Assembly (NCBI RefSeq): GCF_046119375.1
Contig: NW_027362767.1
Coordinates: 56,854,001-56,918,000 of the forward strand
Length of the DNA: 64,000 nt
From: Phyllobates terribilis
Taxonomy: Eukaryota
Reading direction: 5' to 3'
Position 1 is the stretch's first letter, and the number at the start of each line of letters is the position of its first letter. Under the pieces are notes generated by a model. That model was not told where the DNA came from, ran no database searches, and saw only the letters and a list, made by a program, of their open reading frames with translations. Shown here in pieces: positions 52,825 through 64,000 of the stretch. The position numbers and the translations under genes are program-made.

Positions 52825-54100
52825 CTATTAAATATATATAAAAAATATTATTAAATATTAAAATTATATTTGAATAATAAATTATTTAATACTATATATT
52901 AAAAACATATAAAATATTAGGTCATTACTTTAAGAAGTGTAGTTCTAGATAGGAGTGACTGCGAGCATCACTAGTCCATTCTTCAGGCAGCGACTCACTA
53001 ATTTTTACAATACAAGTATTAAAAAAAAAAAAAATTGATGGCTAAAAAATGTTGCAAATAGAACAAAGGAGCTAAACACGAAAAAAAAAGAGGGTGCCCT
53101 ATAACTTTGATGGATTCCGCTCCTATTTGGGCACTGTCCAATAAAAAAGCTGAAAAAAAAACAAAAACACGCTTTTCCAAAATTTTTCAGCAAATTAAAA
53201 ACTCCTCCAAAAATGTCCCAAAAGGAGCGTTCCCCACTGGAAAACAGCCATGAGTGCACACAGCCCTACTGTGAAAGAAGACAGGACAGGATCAAGGAGA
53301 GGCATGGATCCTTCAGGAGACGGTATAGGGAAGAGTCAGACGGCCGTATACCTTGGATGAGGATCGTAACGCAGTGCTCGGACTGGCTGGCGGCTCTCCT
53401 GCATAGAAATACATGCTGTCACGCTCGAGTCAGGAGAGCTGCCGGCCAGTCCGAGCATTATGTTATGATCCTCGTCCGAGTTATACGGCCGTCTGACTCT
53501 TCCCTTAGGTGTAAACTCCTATACACCGGTATTTATTTTTGTAAATCTGTCACCAGATTTCACCACGTAAAGTGAATATAATAGTAAGTCTTATACCTGA
53601 TGAGACTGGAGCATTTACGTTCAAACCACAGTGTCAAAATAGCTGTATATTATTGATACTAAATTGAGCATTTTATCGGCCCAGCTAAAGAGAGAGCTCA
53701 TGGGTCCAAGTGTATTCAATGTATGCACGTCCAGCCCGCCTGACAACTGCAGCTTGTACTGAGCAGTGCAAAATCACAGACGCAGCAGGGAGGAGGGACA
53801 CTCAGGAACTAACAATCAGGTTTTGTGGATGAAAGTTTACTCTAAACTTTCAGAAGGCATTATACAACCAATCTGATATAGTTTTGGAAAGTAAAAACAC
53901 TGGAAAGACAATTGAGCGCAGTGAAAAACAGTTTGTACTAACTGGATGCAATAAGGAGTTCATCAGGTCTAAAAGATCAATGTAATAATTGATGAAATTA
54001 TTAGTTAAATTTGATGACAGATTTAAGCATTTAATTTAAGCAAAAAATATTTAAGTTTTTGCCAAATTAATATACTATTAAATAAATAGTGCTCACTTAC

Positions 54101-54156
54101 TTTGGGGGTCTGACCTCTCACCTTCCCTGCACGAGCAAGTGAGCCGTGGACTTTAC
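54101..54156 (-). CDS. FAU: FAU-like coding exon 3 (56 nt)
   Basis: ttgcag|(G)[18 protein letters not shown]|GTAAGT, the start of eS30. Confidence 0.96.
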
Positions 54157-54272
54157 CTGCAAGAAGAAGACCCTGTATGACTACACGGTTCAGGCAGAGG
54201 ATCCTTACTGAATATTACAATCATCAGATGCTGAGGACTGGGCCAATACTCCAACCTTTCCAGGTCTCCTAC

Positions 54273-54417
54273 CTCCGAGAAGTCTCCCCGACACATTCAG
54301 GGTGCACTGATCCTGCACCCCACAATCTGACAGCACGGCCTCATCGTCCAGAGAGATCCCAGCACAAGACAGGACCAGATCCCAATCCAGGAGGCCCTCC
54401 AGCTCCGCGATATGAGT
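54273..54417 (-). CDS. FAU: FAU-like coding exon 2 (145 nt), FUBI ubiquitin-like domain
   Basis: ttgtag|THIAELEGLLDWDLVLSCAGISLDDEAVLSDCGVQDQCTLNVSGRLLG G|GTAGGA. Confidence 0.93.
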
Positions 54418-54530
54418 CTACAACACAGGGACACTAAAAACATTCAGAGCAGAAAAGGTAACGTGTCTGTCTGAAAACATGACCCCCTTATACAGCAGCA
54501 TCAGGATCAACCTCTTCTATAGATTATATA

Positions 54531-54981
54531 CAGGTGCATCTCACTAAGTTAGAATATCATGAAAAAGTTAATTTATTTCAGTTCTTCAATACAAAAAGTG
54601 AAACTCGTATATTATATAGTCATTACACACAGAGGGATCTATTTCATGTGTTTATTTCTGTTAATGTTGATGATTATGGCTTACAGACAATGAAAACACA
54701 AAAGTCATTATCTCAGTAAATTAGAATACTTTATAACAGCTTGAAAAATGTTTTTAAAATCCGAAATGTTGTCCTACTGAAATGTATGTTCAGTAAATGC
54801 CCTCAATACTTGGTCGAGGCTCCTTTTGCGTCAATTACTGCATCAATTAACAGTAATAAACACTTGAAATAGATCACTCTGTGTGTAATGACTCTATATA
54901 ATATGAGTTTCACTTTTTGTATTGAAGAACTGAAATAAATTAACTTTTTTTATGATATTCTAATTTAGTGAAATGCACCTG
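54531..54981. mobile_element. Internally deleted non-autonomous Tc1-like element (451 bp)
   Basis: TA|CAGGTGCATCTCA ... GAAATGCACCTG|TA with ~130-bp inverted arms. Confidence 0.88.
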
Positions 54982-55059
54982 TAGGACTGTAGGAGCAGGA
55001 GGTGCTAAACATGGGAACAGTAGGCCTAGGGAAGAAATGTATCAATACACTACTTTACC

Positions 55060-55650
55060 TTCATTACACTGATCCAGGATTATGGCCTGTATTATACTGC
55101 AGAGCTGCACTCACTATTCTGCTGGTGCAGTCACTGTGTACATACATTACATTACTGATCCTGGGTTACATCCTGTATTATACTCCAGAGCCACACTCAC
55201 TATTCTGCTGGTGCAGTCATTGTGTGCATACAATACATTACTGATCCTGTACTGACCCCACATTACATCCTGTATTATACTGCAGAGCTGCACTCACTAT
55301 TCTGCTGGTGCAGTCACTGTGTACATACATTACTGATCCTGTACTGATCCTGAGTTACACCCTGTATTATACTCCAGAGCTGCACTCACTATTCTGCTGG
55401 TGCAGTCACTCTGTACATACATTACATTACTTATTCTGTACTGATCCTGAGTTACATCCTGTATTATACTGCAGAGCTGCACTCACTATTCCGCTGGTGC
55501 AGTCGCTGTGTACATACATTACATTACTGATCTTGAGTTACATCCTGTATTATACTCCAGAGCTGCACTCACTATTCTGCTTGTGCAGTCACTGTGTACA
55601 TACATTACTGGTACTAAGTTACATGCAATATTCTAGTCCAGAGCTGCATT
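55060..55650. repeat. ~85-100-bp degenerate tandem repeat (GAGCTGCACTCACTATTCTGCTGGTGCAGTCACTGTGTACATACATTAC...)
   Basis: Direct reading, about 6 copies. Confidence 0.9.
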
Positions 55651-55924
55651 CAGACCACAGCAACTGTGGCTATGTGACATGAAAGGGGGCAATGGGTCAT
55701 CTAGGATTGTGATGTCATTCTATGCGACATAATCATAAAAGTGCACTGCACCCGCTGTCAGGATTCTTTGGCGTCAACGGGCAGTTACGTTATCATGTTT
55801 GCATGCTTGTGGGTCACATGCCAACTAAACGTGCCCCTTCTCTCAACAGAAGTGCACTGAGAGAGGATGACCAAGTCTAGTCAGCATGTGACAGTGTGCG
55901 CACAGCTCGTACCCCAGTATATAC

Positions 55925-55999
55925 CTTAATATCCAGCACTGTGTCTTGGCTGGACACATTCAGTGTGTGCAGGGTCCGGCCCGTTATAAAAATCTGCAT
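55925..55999 (-). CDS. FAU: FAU-like coding exon 1 (75 nt coding; exon starts at 56006)
   Basis: ccccag|TACAACC ATG, MQIFITGRTLHTLNVSSQDTVLDIK|GTAT. Full CDS complement(join(52699..52824,54101..54156,54273..54417,55925..55999)) is 402 nt, 133 aa. Confidence 0.92.
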
Positions 56000-56099
56000 G
56001 GTTGTACTGGGGGGAAAAAAAAAAAAAGGAGAAAGCAATCAAATCCCTGTCCTGACGTAGAGGATCCAATTGTAACAATCTAGCAGCCGATGGGTTGCC

Positions 56100-57268
56100 A
56101 TAATGGCCAGTAGTCTGCTGAAAACCCCCATGCCTGTCATGATGGTATTATAGCTAGCGTTCATAGGAGACCCTGATTTCTGCTATATACAGCAATGCCG
56201 GGGGATTTGCTTTATATAGCAGAAGCGATCAGACAATCACAGGTTCAAGTTCCCTAAGGGGACTAAGTGAAGGGTTAATGAAACCACCGTATGCGCATCA
56301 AGTTCCTATGTTCATGTCTATTGGTGCTTTTGAGCATAAATGTATTGTGGGAGTTCAAGTCATTCAGCTCAAAGAGCATCGGTGTGCAGGCAAAACGCGT
56401 TGCCATTGTGCATTTGTGATATTAAATCCTTTTAATATATTTTTTCAATAAAGTTTTTGCATTTTAAGGAGCTGGATTTGGATTCTATTGGAAAACTGTT
56501 CCAAGGAACCAAAGAAATACAGTGAAAAAGTTTTAAAAAAAAATATAAAAAATAAAATCTCAAGTTAAAATCAAGTCCCCACCATTAAGAAATAAAAAAT
56601 GCACATATTAGGTATCACTGCGTTCGTAACAGTCCGATCTATCAAAATATAAAATAAATTAATCCGATCGATAAACAGCATTGCGAGAACAAGATCAGAA
56701 CACCAGAATTGTATTTTTTTTTGGCCACTGAAACAACACAGAAAAGTGCAATAAGAGGCAATAAAAACATTGTATCTACCCCAAAATGGTATTAATAAAA
56801 ACGGCAGCTCAGGGCGCAAAAAACAAGCCCTCGCCCAGCTGCATATACCGAAAATTGAAAATGCTACGGGTCTCGGTAAATCGTGTTACAAGAAAAAAAA
56901 ATACAATTTAAAAGTTTTTTTCACAACTTAAATAAGGGAAAAGCTATAAGTGTTTGGTATCTGCGCACTCGTACTGACCTGGGGAATCATATTGTCAGGT
57001 CAGTATTACCGTAAAGTGAACGCTGTAAATAAAAAGCCCAAAAAACAATTGTGGAATTGATTTTTTTTGCTATTTTTCCTCACTTGGAGATGCTTTCCTG
57101 CTCTCCAGTGCATAACATGATAAAATGGATGGCGTCAATCAGAAGTACAACTCGTCCCGCAAAAAACAAACCCTCGTACGGCTACGGGAACAGAAAAATA
57201 AAAGAGTTATGGCTCCGGGAAGAAGAGATGGAAAAAACAGAAGTGAAAAATCGCCTGGCGTGAAGGGG
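56100..57268. mobile_element. piggyBac-like non-autonomous element remnant in FAU-like intron 1
   Basis: Right end GTGAAGGGG|TTAA and subterminal GTTATGGCTC motif, also seen near 63640; left end unresolved. Confidence 0.5.
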
Positions 57269-57598
57269 TTAAGGGCCCAACCTCTCAGGAGACGATTTCT
57301 CTATTGACACGACGACATGGAGACCGGACGCTGCGGATTACAACTCCCAGCATGTGCACGATGGGGGTCATAGTGTCACATCAGCGGTAGTGCCACAAGC
57401 TGTTCTCTAGGGGGCGCCTCACTGGTGTAGGGGTAAAAGTCTGACTTTTTGTTTTGCTAATTTGTTGCTAGCTGGAAACCATCAACAAGCAGGCTGACGG
57501 ATTTCTGCATCTAGCCATGCAATAACTGATCATAAAAGCATTAACGAGTAGAAAAACAGCGCAAAAGTCGCCCGATCTCGTCGCTAGTTACCTCTCAC

Positions 57599-57626
57599 CT
57601 CCTGCGCCAAGACCCAGAGAGGAAAA
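57599..57626 (-). promoter_or_regulatory. Putative non-coding first exon of the FAU-like gene with a 5' oligopyrimidine (TOP-like) tract
   Basis: Minus strand TTTTCCTCTCTGGGTCTTGGCGCAGGAG|GTGAG; ribosomal-protein genes typically have a short TOP exon 1. Confidence 0.7.
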
Positions 57627-57957
57627 CTATGCAAGCAAAACTGACAAGCAGACCACTTCCGTGTATGCTGACGTCATCAACCCGCGTCCGCTGGACAGCA
57701 GGCGCATGCGCATTTTCTCAGGATCTCCGACAGTCGCGTACTGGATAGCTTGCGCATGCGTCTCGGAAGGGATGGCAACGCGCATGCGTGGAGTTGTATG
57801 GTGCTGCGTAGACGGGCAAGTTTGAAAAAGGCTGAGGAAGGAAGGTGCCGGGGGGCTGGTGGTGGGGGCGGGCAGTGCCAGGTGGTGGGCAGCAGGCTTC
57901 AGAGCAGAGGACGAGGGCATCCTAGTGCAAGGCATGCTGTAGGCTGGTGCTCCCCAC
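57627..57957. promoter_or_regulatory. Bidirectional CpG-rich promoter between the FAU-like and THAP genes
   Basis: ACTTCCGT (ETS), TGACGTCA (CRE) and three GCGCATGCG (NRF1-type) motifs. Confidence 0.7.
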
Positions 57958-58119
57958 ATGGCTGCCTATCACTGCTGTGTACCCTTCTGTAACAGTGACT
58001 CCAGGTACAATGCCGACAAGAAGATCTCATTCCACAGGATCCCGGCCTTCCATGTGGAGCCGCAGAGACACCGGGACTGGCTGAGCCGGATCCGCCGGGA
58101 GCCGGGGCCCAGCTTCAAG
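57958..58119 (+). CDS. THAP zinc-finger domain protein, exon 1 (rest not recognised in window)
   Basis: MAAYHCCVPFCNSDSRYNADKKISFHRIPAFHVEPQRHRDWLSRIRREPGPSFK|GTGATT; N-terminal CxxxxC, FHxxP and conserved W of THAP; the C/H half (CxxHF) is missing, as expected at an intron. Confidence 0.8.
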
Positions 58120-58199
58120 GTGATTGCCAGAATGTCCGTTATATCGTGTAATGTCCGGCGTGTGACGCGGAATAAAACTGCCCTGTCTGCGGCGGACCC

Positions 58200-61150
58200 C
58201 CCTGTCCAGAGCGACAGGCAGTCTTTCAAGAGCAACCTGTGGACCCCCCCCCATCCCCCATCCAGAGCGTCAGGCGTACCCCCGCTTCCCGTTTTCCAGA
58301 GCGTCAGGCGGACCCCCGCTTCCCGTTTTCCAGAGCGTCAGGCGGACCCCCGCTTCCCTTTTTCCAGAGCGTCAGGCGGACCCCCGCTTCCCTTTTTCCA
58401 GAGCGTCAGGCGGACCCCCGCTTCCCTTTTTCCAGAGCGTCAGGCGGACCCCCGCTTCCCTTTTTCCAGAGCGTCAGGCGGACCCCCGCTTCCCTTTTTC
58501 CAGAGCGTCAGGCGGACCCCCGCTTCCCTTTTTCCAGAGCGTCAGGCGGACCCCCGCTTCCCTTTTTCCAGAGCGTCAGGCGGACCCCCCCGCTTCCCTT
58601 TTTTCAGAGCGTCAGGCGGACCCCCCCTTCTGCCGTCCAGAGCGTCAGGCGGACCCCGGCGTCCCTTTTTCCAGAGCGTCGGGCGGACCCCCACTTCCCT
58701 TTTTCCAGAGCGTCGGGCGGACCCCCACTTCCCTTTTTCCAGAGCGTCGGGCGGACCCCCACTTCCCTTTTTCCAGAGCGTCGGGCGGACCCCCACTTCC
58801 CTTTTTCCAGAGCGTCGGGCGGACCCCGGCGTCCCTTTTTCCAGAGCGTCGGGCGGACCCCCACTTCCCTTTTTCCAGAGCGTCGGGCGGACCCCCACTT
58901 CCCTTTTTCCAGAGCGTCGGGCGGACCCCCACTTCCCTTTTTCCAGAGCGTCGGGCGGACCCCCACTTCCCTTTTTCCAGAGCGTCGGGCGGACCCCCAC
59001 TTCCCTTTTTCCAGAGCGTCGGGCGGACCCCCACTTCCCTTTTTCCAGAGCGTCGGGCGGACCCCCACTTCCCTTTTTCCAGAGCGTCGGGCGGACCCCC
59101 ACTTCCCTTTTTCCAGAGCGTCGGGCGGACCCCCACTTCCCTTTTTCCAGAGCGTCGGGCGGACCCCCACTTCCCTTTTTCCAGAGCGTCGGGCGGACCC
59201 CCACTTCCCTTTTTCCAGAGCGTCGGGCGGACCCCCACTTCCCTTTTTCCAGAGCGTCGGGCGGACCCCCACTTCCCTTTTTCCAGAGCGTCGGGCGGAC
59301 CCCCACTTCCCTTTTTCCAGAGCGTCGGGCGGACCCCCACTTCCCTTTTTCCAGAGCGTCGGGCGGACCCCCACTTCCCTTTTTCCAGAGCGTCGGGCGG
59401 ACCCCCACTTCCCTTTTTCCAGAGCGTCGGGCGGACCCCCACTTCTCTTTTTCCAGAGCGTCGGACGGACCCCCCCTTCTGCCGTCCAGAGCGACAGGCG
59501 GACCCCCGCTTCCCTTTTTCCAGAGCGTCAGGTGGACCCCCCTTCTGCCGTCCAGAGCGACAGGCGGACCCTTCTTCCCCATCCAGAGCAACAGGCGGAC
59601 CCCCGCTTCCCTTTTTCCCGAGCGTCAGGCGGACCCCCGCTTCCCTTTTTCCCGAGCGTCAGGCGGACCCCCGCTTCCCTTTTTCCCGAGCGTCAGGCGG
59701 ACCCCCGCTTCCCTTTTTCCCGAGCGTCAGGCGGACCCCCGCTTCCCTTTTTCCAGAGCGTCAGACGGACCCCCGCTTCCCTTTTTCCAGAGCGTCAGAC
59801 GGACCCCCGCTTCCCTTTTTCCAGAGCGTCAGACGGACCCCCGCTTCCCTTTTTCCAGAGCGTCAGACGGACCCCCGCTTCCCTTTTTCCAGAGCGTCAG
59901 GTGGACCCCCCTTCTGCCATCCAGAGCGACAGGCGGACCCTTCTTCCCCATCCAGAGCGACAGGCGGACCCCCGCTTCCCTTTTTCCGGAGCGTCAGGCG
60001 GACCCCCGCTTCCCTTTTTCCAGAGCGTCAGGCGGACCCCCGCTTCCCTTTTTCCAGAGCGTCAGGCGGACCCCCGCTTCCCTTTTTCCAGAGCGTCAGG
60101 CGGACCCCCGCTTCCCTTTTTCCAGAGCGTCAGGCGGACCCCCGCTTCCCTTTTTCCAGAGCGTCAGGCGGACCCCCGCTTCCCTTTTTCCAGAGCGTCA
60201 GGCGGACCCCCACTTCCCTTTTTCCAGAGCGTCAGGCGGACCCCCGCTTCCCTTTTTCCCGAGCGTCAGGCGGACCCCCGCTTCCCTTTTTCCAGAGCGT
60301 CAGCAGGCGGACCCCCGCTTCCCTTTTTCCAGAGCGTCAGACGGACCCCCGCTTCCCTTTTTCCAGAGCGTCAGACGGACCAACGCTTCCCTTTTTCCAG
60401 AGCGTCAGGTGGACCCCCCTTCTGCCATCCAGAGCGACAGGCGGACCCTTCTTCCCCATCCAGAGCGACAGGCGGACCCCCGCTTCCCTTTTTCCAGAGC
60501 GTCAGGCGGACCCCCGCTTCCCTTTTTCCAGAGCGTCAGGCGGACCCCCGCTTCCCTTTTTCCAGAGTGTCAGGCGGACCCCCGCTTCCCTTTTTCCAGA
60601 GCGTCAGGCGGACCCCCGCTTCCCTTTTTCCAGAGCGTCAGGCGGACCCCCGCTTCCCTTTTTCCAGAGCGTCAGGCGGACCCCCGCTTCCCTTTTTCCA
60701 GAGCGTCAGGCGGACCCCCGCTTCCCTTTTTCCAGAGCGTCAGGCGGACCCCCGCTTCCCTTTTTCCAGAGCGTCAGGCGGACCCCCGCTTCCCTTTTTC
60801 CAGAGCGTCAGGCGGACCCCCGCTTCCCTTTTTCCAGAGCGTCAGGCGGACCCCCGCTTCCCTTTTTCCAGAGCGTCAGGTGGACCCCCCTTCTGCCATC
60901 CAGAGCGACAGGCGGACCATTCTTCCCCATCCAGAGCGACAGGCGGACCCCCGCTTCCCTTTTTACAGAGCGTCAGGCGGACCCCCGCTTCCCTTTTTAC
61001 AGAGCGTCAGGCGGACCCCCGCTTCCCTTTTTACAGAGCGTCAGGCGGACCCCCGCTTCCCTTTTTACAGAGCGTCAGGCGGACCCCCCCTTCTGCCGTC
61101 CAGAGCGACAGGCACAGACTGACTCCTCGCTCTCCAGAGTGACAGGCGGA
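58200..61150. repeat. 34-bp minisatellite (CCAGAGCGTCAGGCGGACCCCCGCTTCCCTTTTT)n, about 85 copies, with variant blocks
   Basis: Direct reading; explains the 1054-aa and 967-aa pseudo-ORFs. Confidence 0.97.
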
Positions 61151-61234
61151 CACATAGAGGTAAGCGGAGCTGGTGTCACAGTGGGATCCCTCCTATAGGT
61201 GTGATAAAAATTTCCTGACATACTTTGTGATTAA

Positions 61235-63694
<2,460 letters not shown>

Positions 63695-63862
63695 TCAATT
63701 GCCTCCACAACTTTCTTATCTAGGCAAGATTTGTCAATCCATGACTCCTCCTCATATCTTATACACGACCCATACAACCTCTTTCTTAGAAGATATACTA
63801 GTGTCATTGACTTTATGTTCTCTGACTGATGTCGCCGTTTTCTGTCTTATTTTTGTTTCCCT

Positions 63863-63964
63863 GTTTTCTGTAGCCGTGCGATCGTTCTTGTGCCCCGTTT
63901 TCTGTAGCCGTGCGATCGTTCTTGTGCCCCGTTTTCTGTAGCCGTGCGATCGTTCTTGTGCCCC
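63863..63964. repeat. 34-bp tandem repeat, 3 copies
   Basis: GTTTTCTGTAGCCGTGCGATCGTTCTTGTGCCCC repeated. Confidence 0.9.
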
Positions 63965-64000
63965 TCTTTCTGGCTCCATGCTATTGTTCTTGTTCCCCGC

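Noticed and set aside
54177-54437. 86-aa plus-strand ORF with a downstream GT site
   Set aside because: It is the antisense shadow of the FAU-like FUBI exon.
56281-56470. Penelope-like tail with an AAACGCGTTG motif, possible hammerhead ribozyme
   Set aside because: The CTGANGA/GAAA catalytic core is not intact; at most a decayed retroelement fragment.
52825-57598. Possible intronic snoRNA in the FAU-like gene (e.g. a minus-strand CTGATGA near 53960)
   Set aside because: No convincing C/D pair with a terminal stem or H/ACA double hairpin by eye; an Infernal/Rfam scan would be needed.
57958-61142. 1054-aa and 967-aa ORFs
   Set aside because: Only the first 54 codons are THAP-like. The rest is read-through of a stop-free 34-bp minisatellite past a GT donor at 58120.

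Overview
Intron-rich, repeat-dense vertebrate genomic DNA, most likely from an anuran amphibian (inferred from the T2/Kolobok-type MITEs, piggyBac-type and Helitron-type non-autonomous elements and Tc1-like families). I reconstructed five host genes by hand from splice sites and translation. (1) A complete 5-exon SOUL/heme-binding-family gene (soul3-like, +, 10451-34399). (2) The first four exons of FANCM (-, 46387-42212); I could not recognise any later exon in the remaining 42 kb. (3) Complete 7-exon FKBP3 (+, 46597-50497), head-to-head with FANCM, with a U12-type last intron. (4) A complete intron-containing FAU (FUBI-eS30) gene with a divergent ubiquitin-like half (-, 55999-52699), which the ORF track misses entirely. 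(5) The first exon of a THAP-domain gene (+, 57958-58119), head-to-head with the FAU-like gene. There are three near-full-length but disrupted Tc1/mariner elements with apparent DD35E, DD38E and DD34E catalytic spacing, nested non-autonomous elements, a 181-N assembly gap, and about a dozen unrelated GC-rich minisatellites, most with 28-36 bp periods. All very long ORFs in the track are repeat read-through artefacts. No CRISPR, rRNA or tRNA was found. The best leads are the divergent FAU paralog and the apparently interrupted FANCM. I cannot claim a wholly new biological system from sequence alone.
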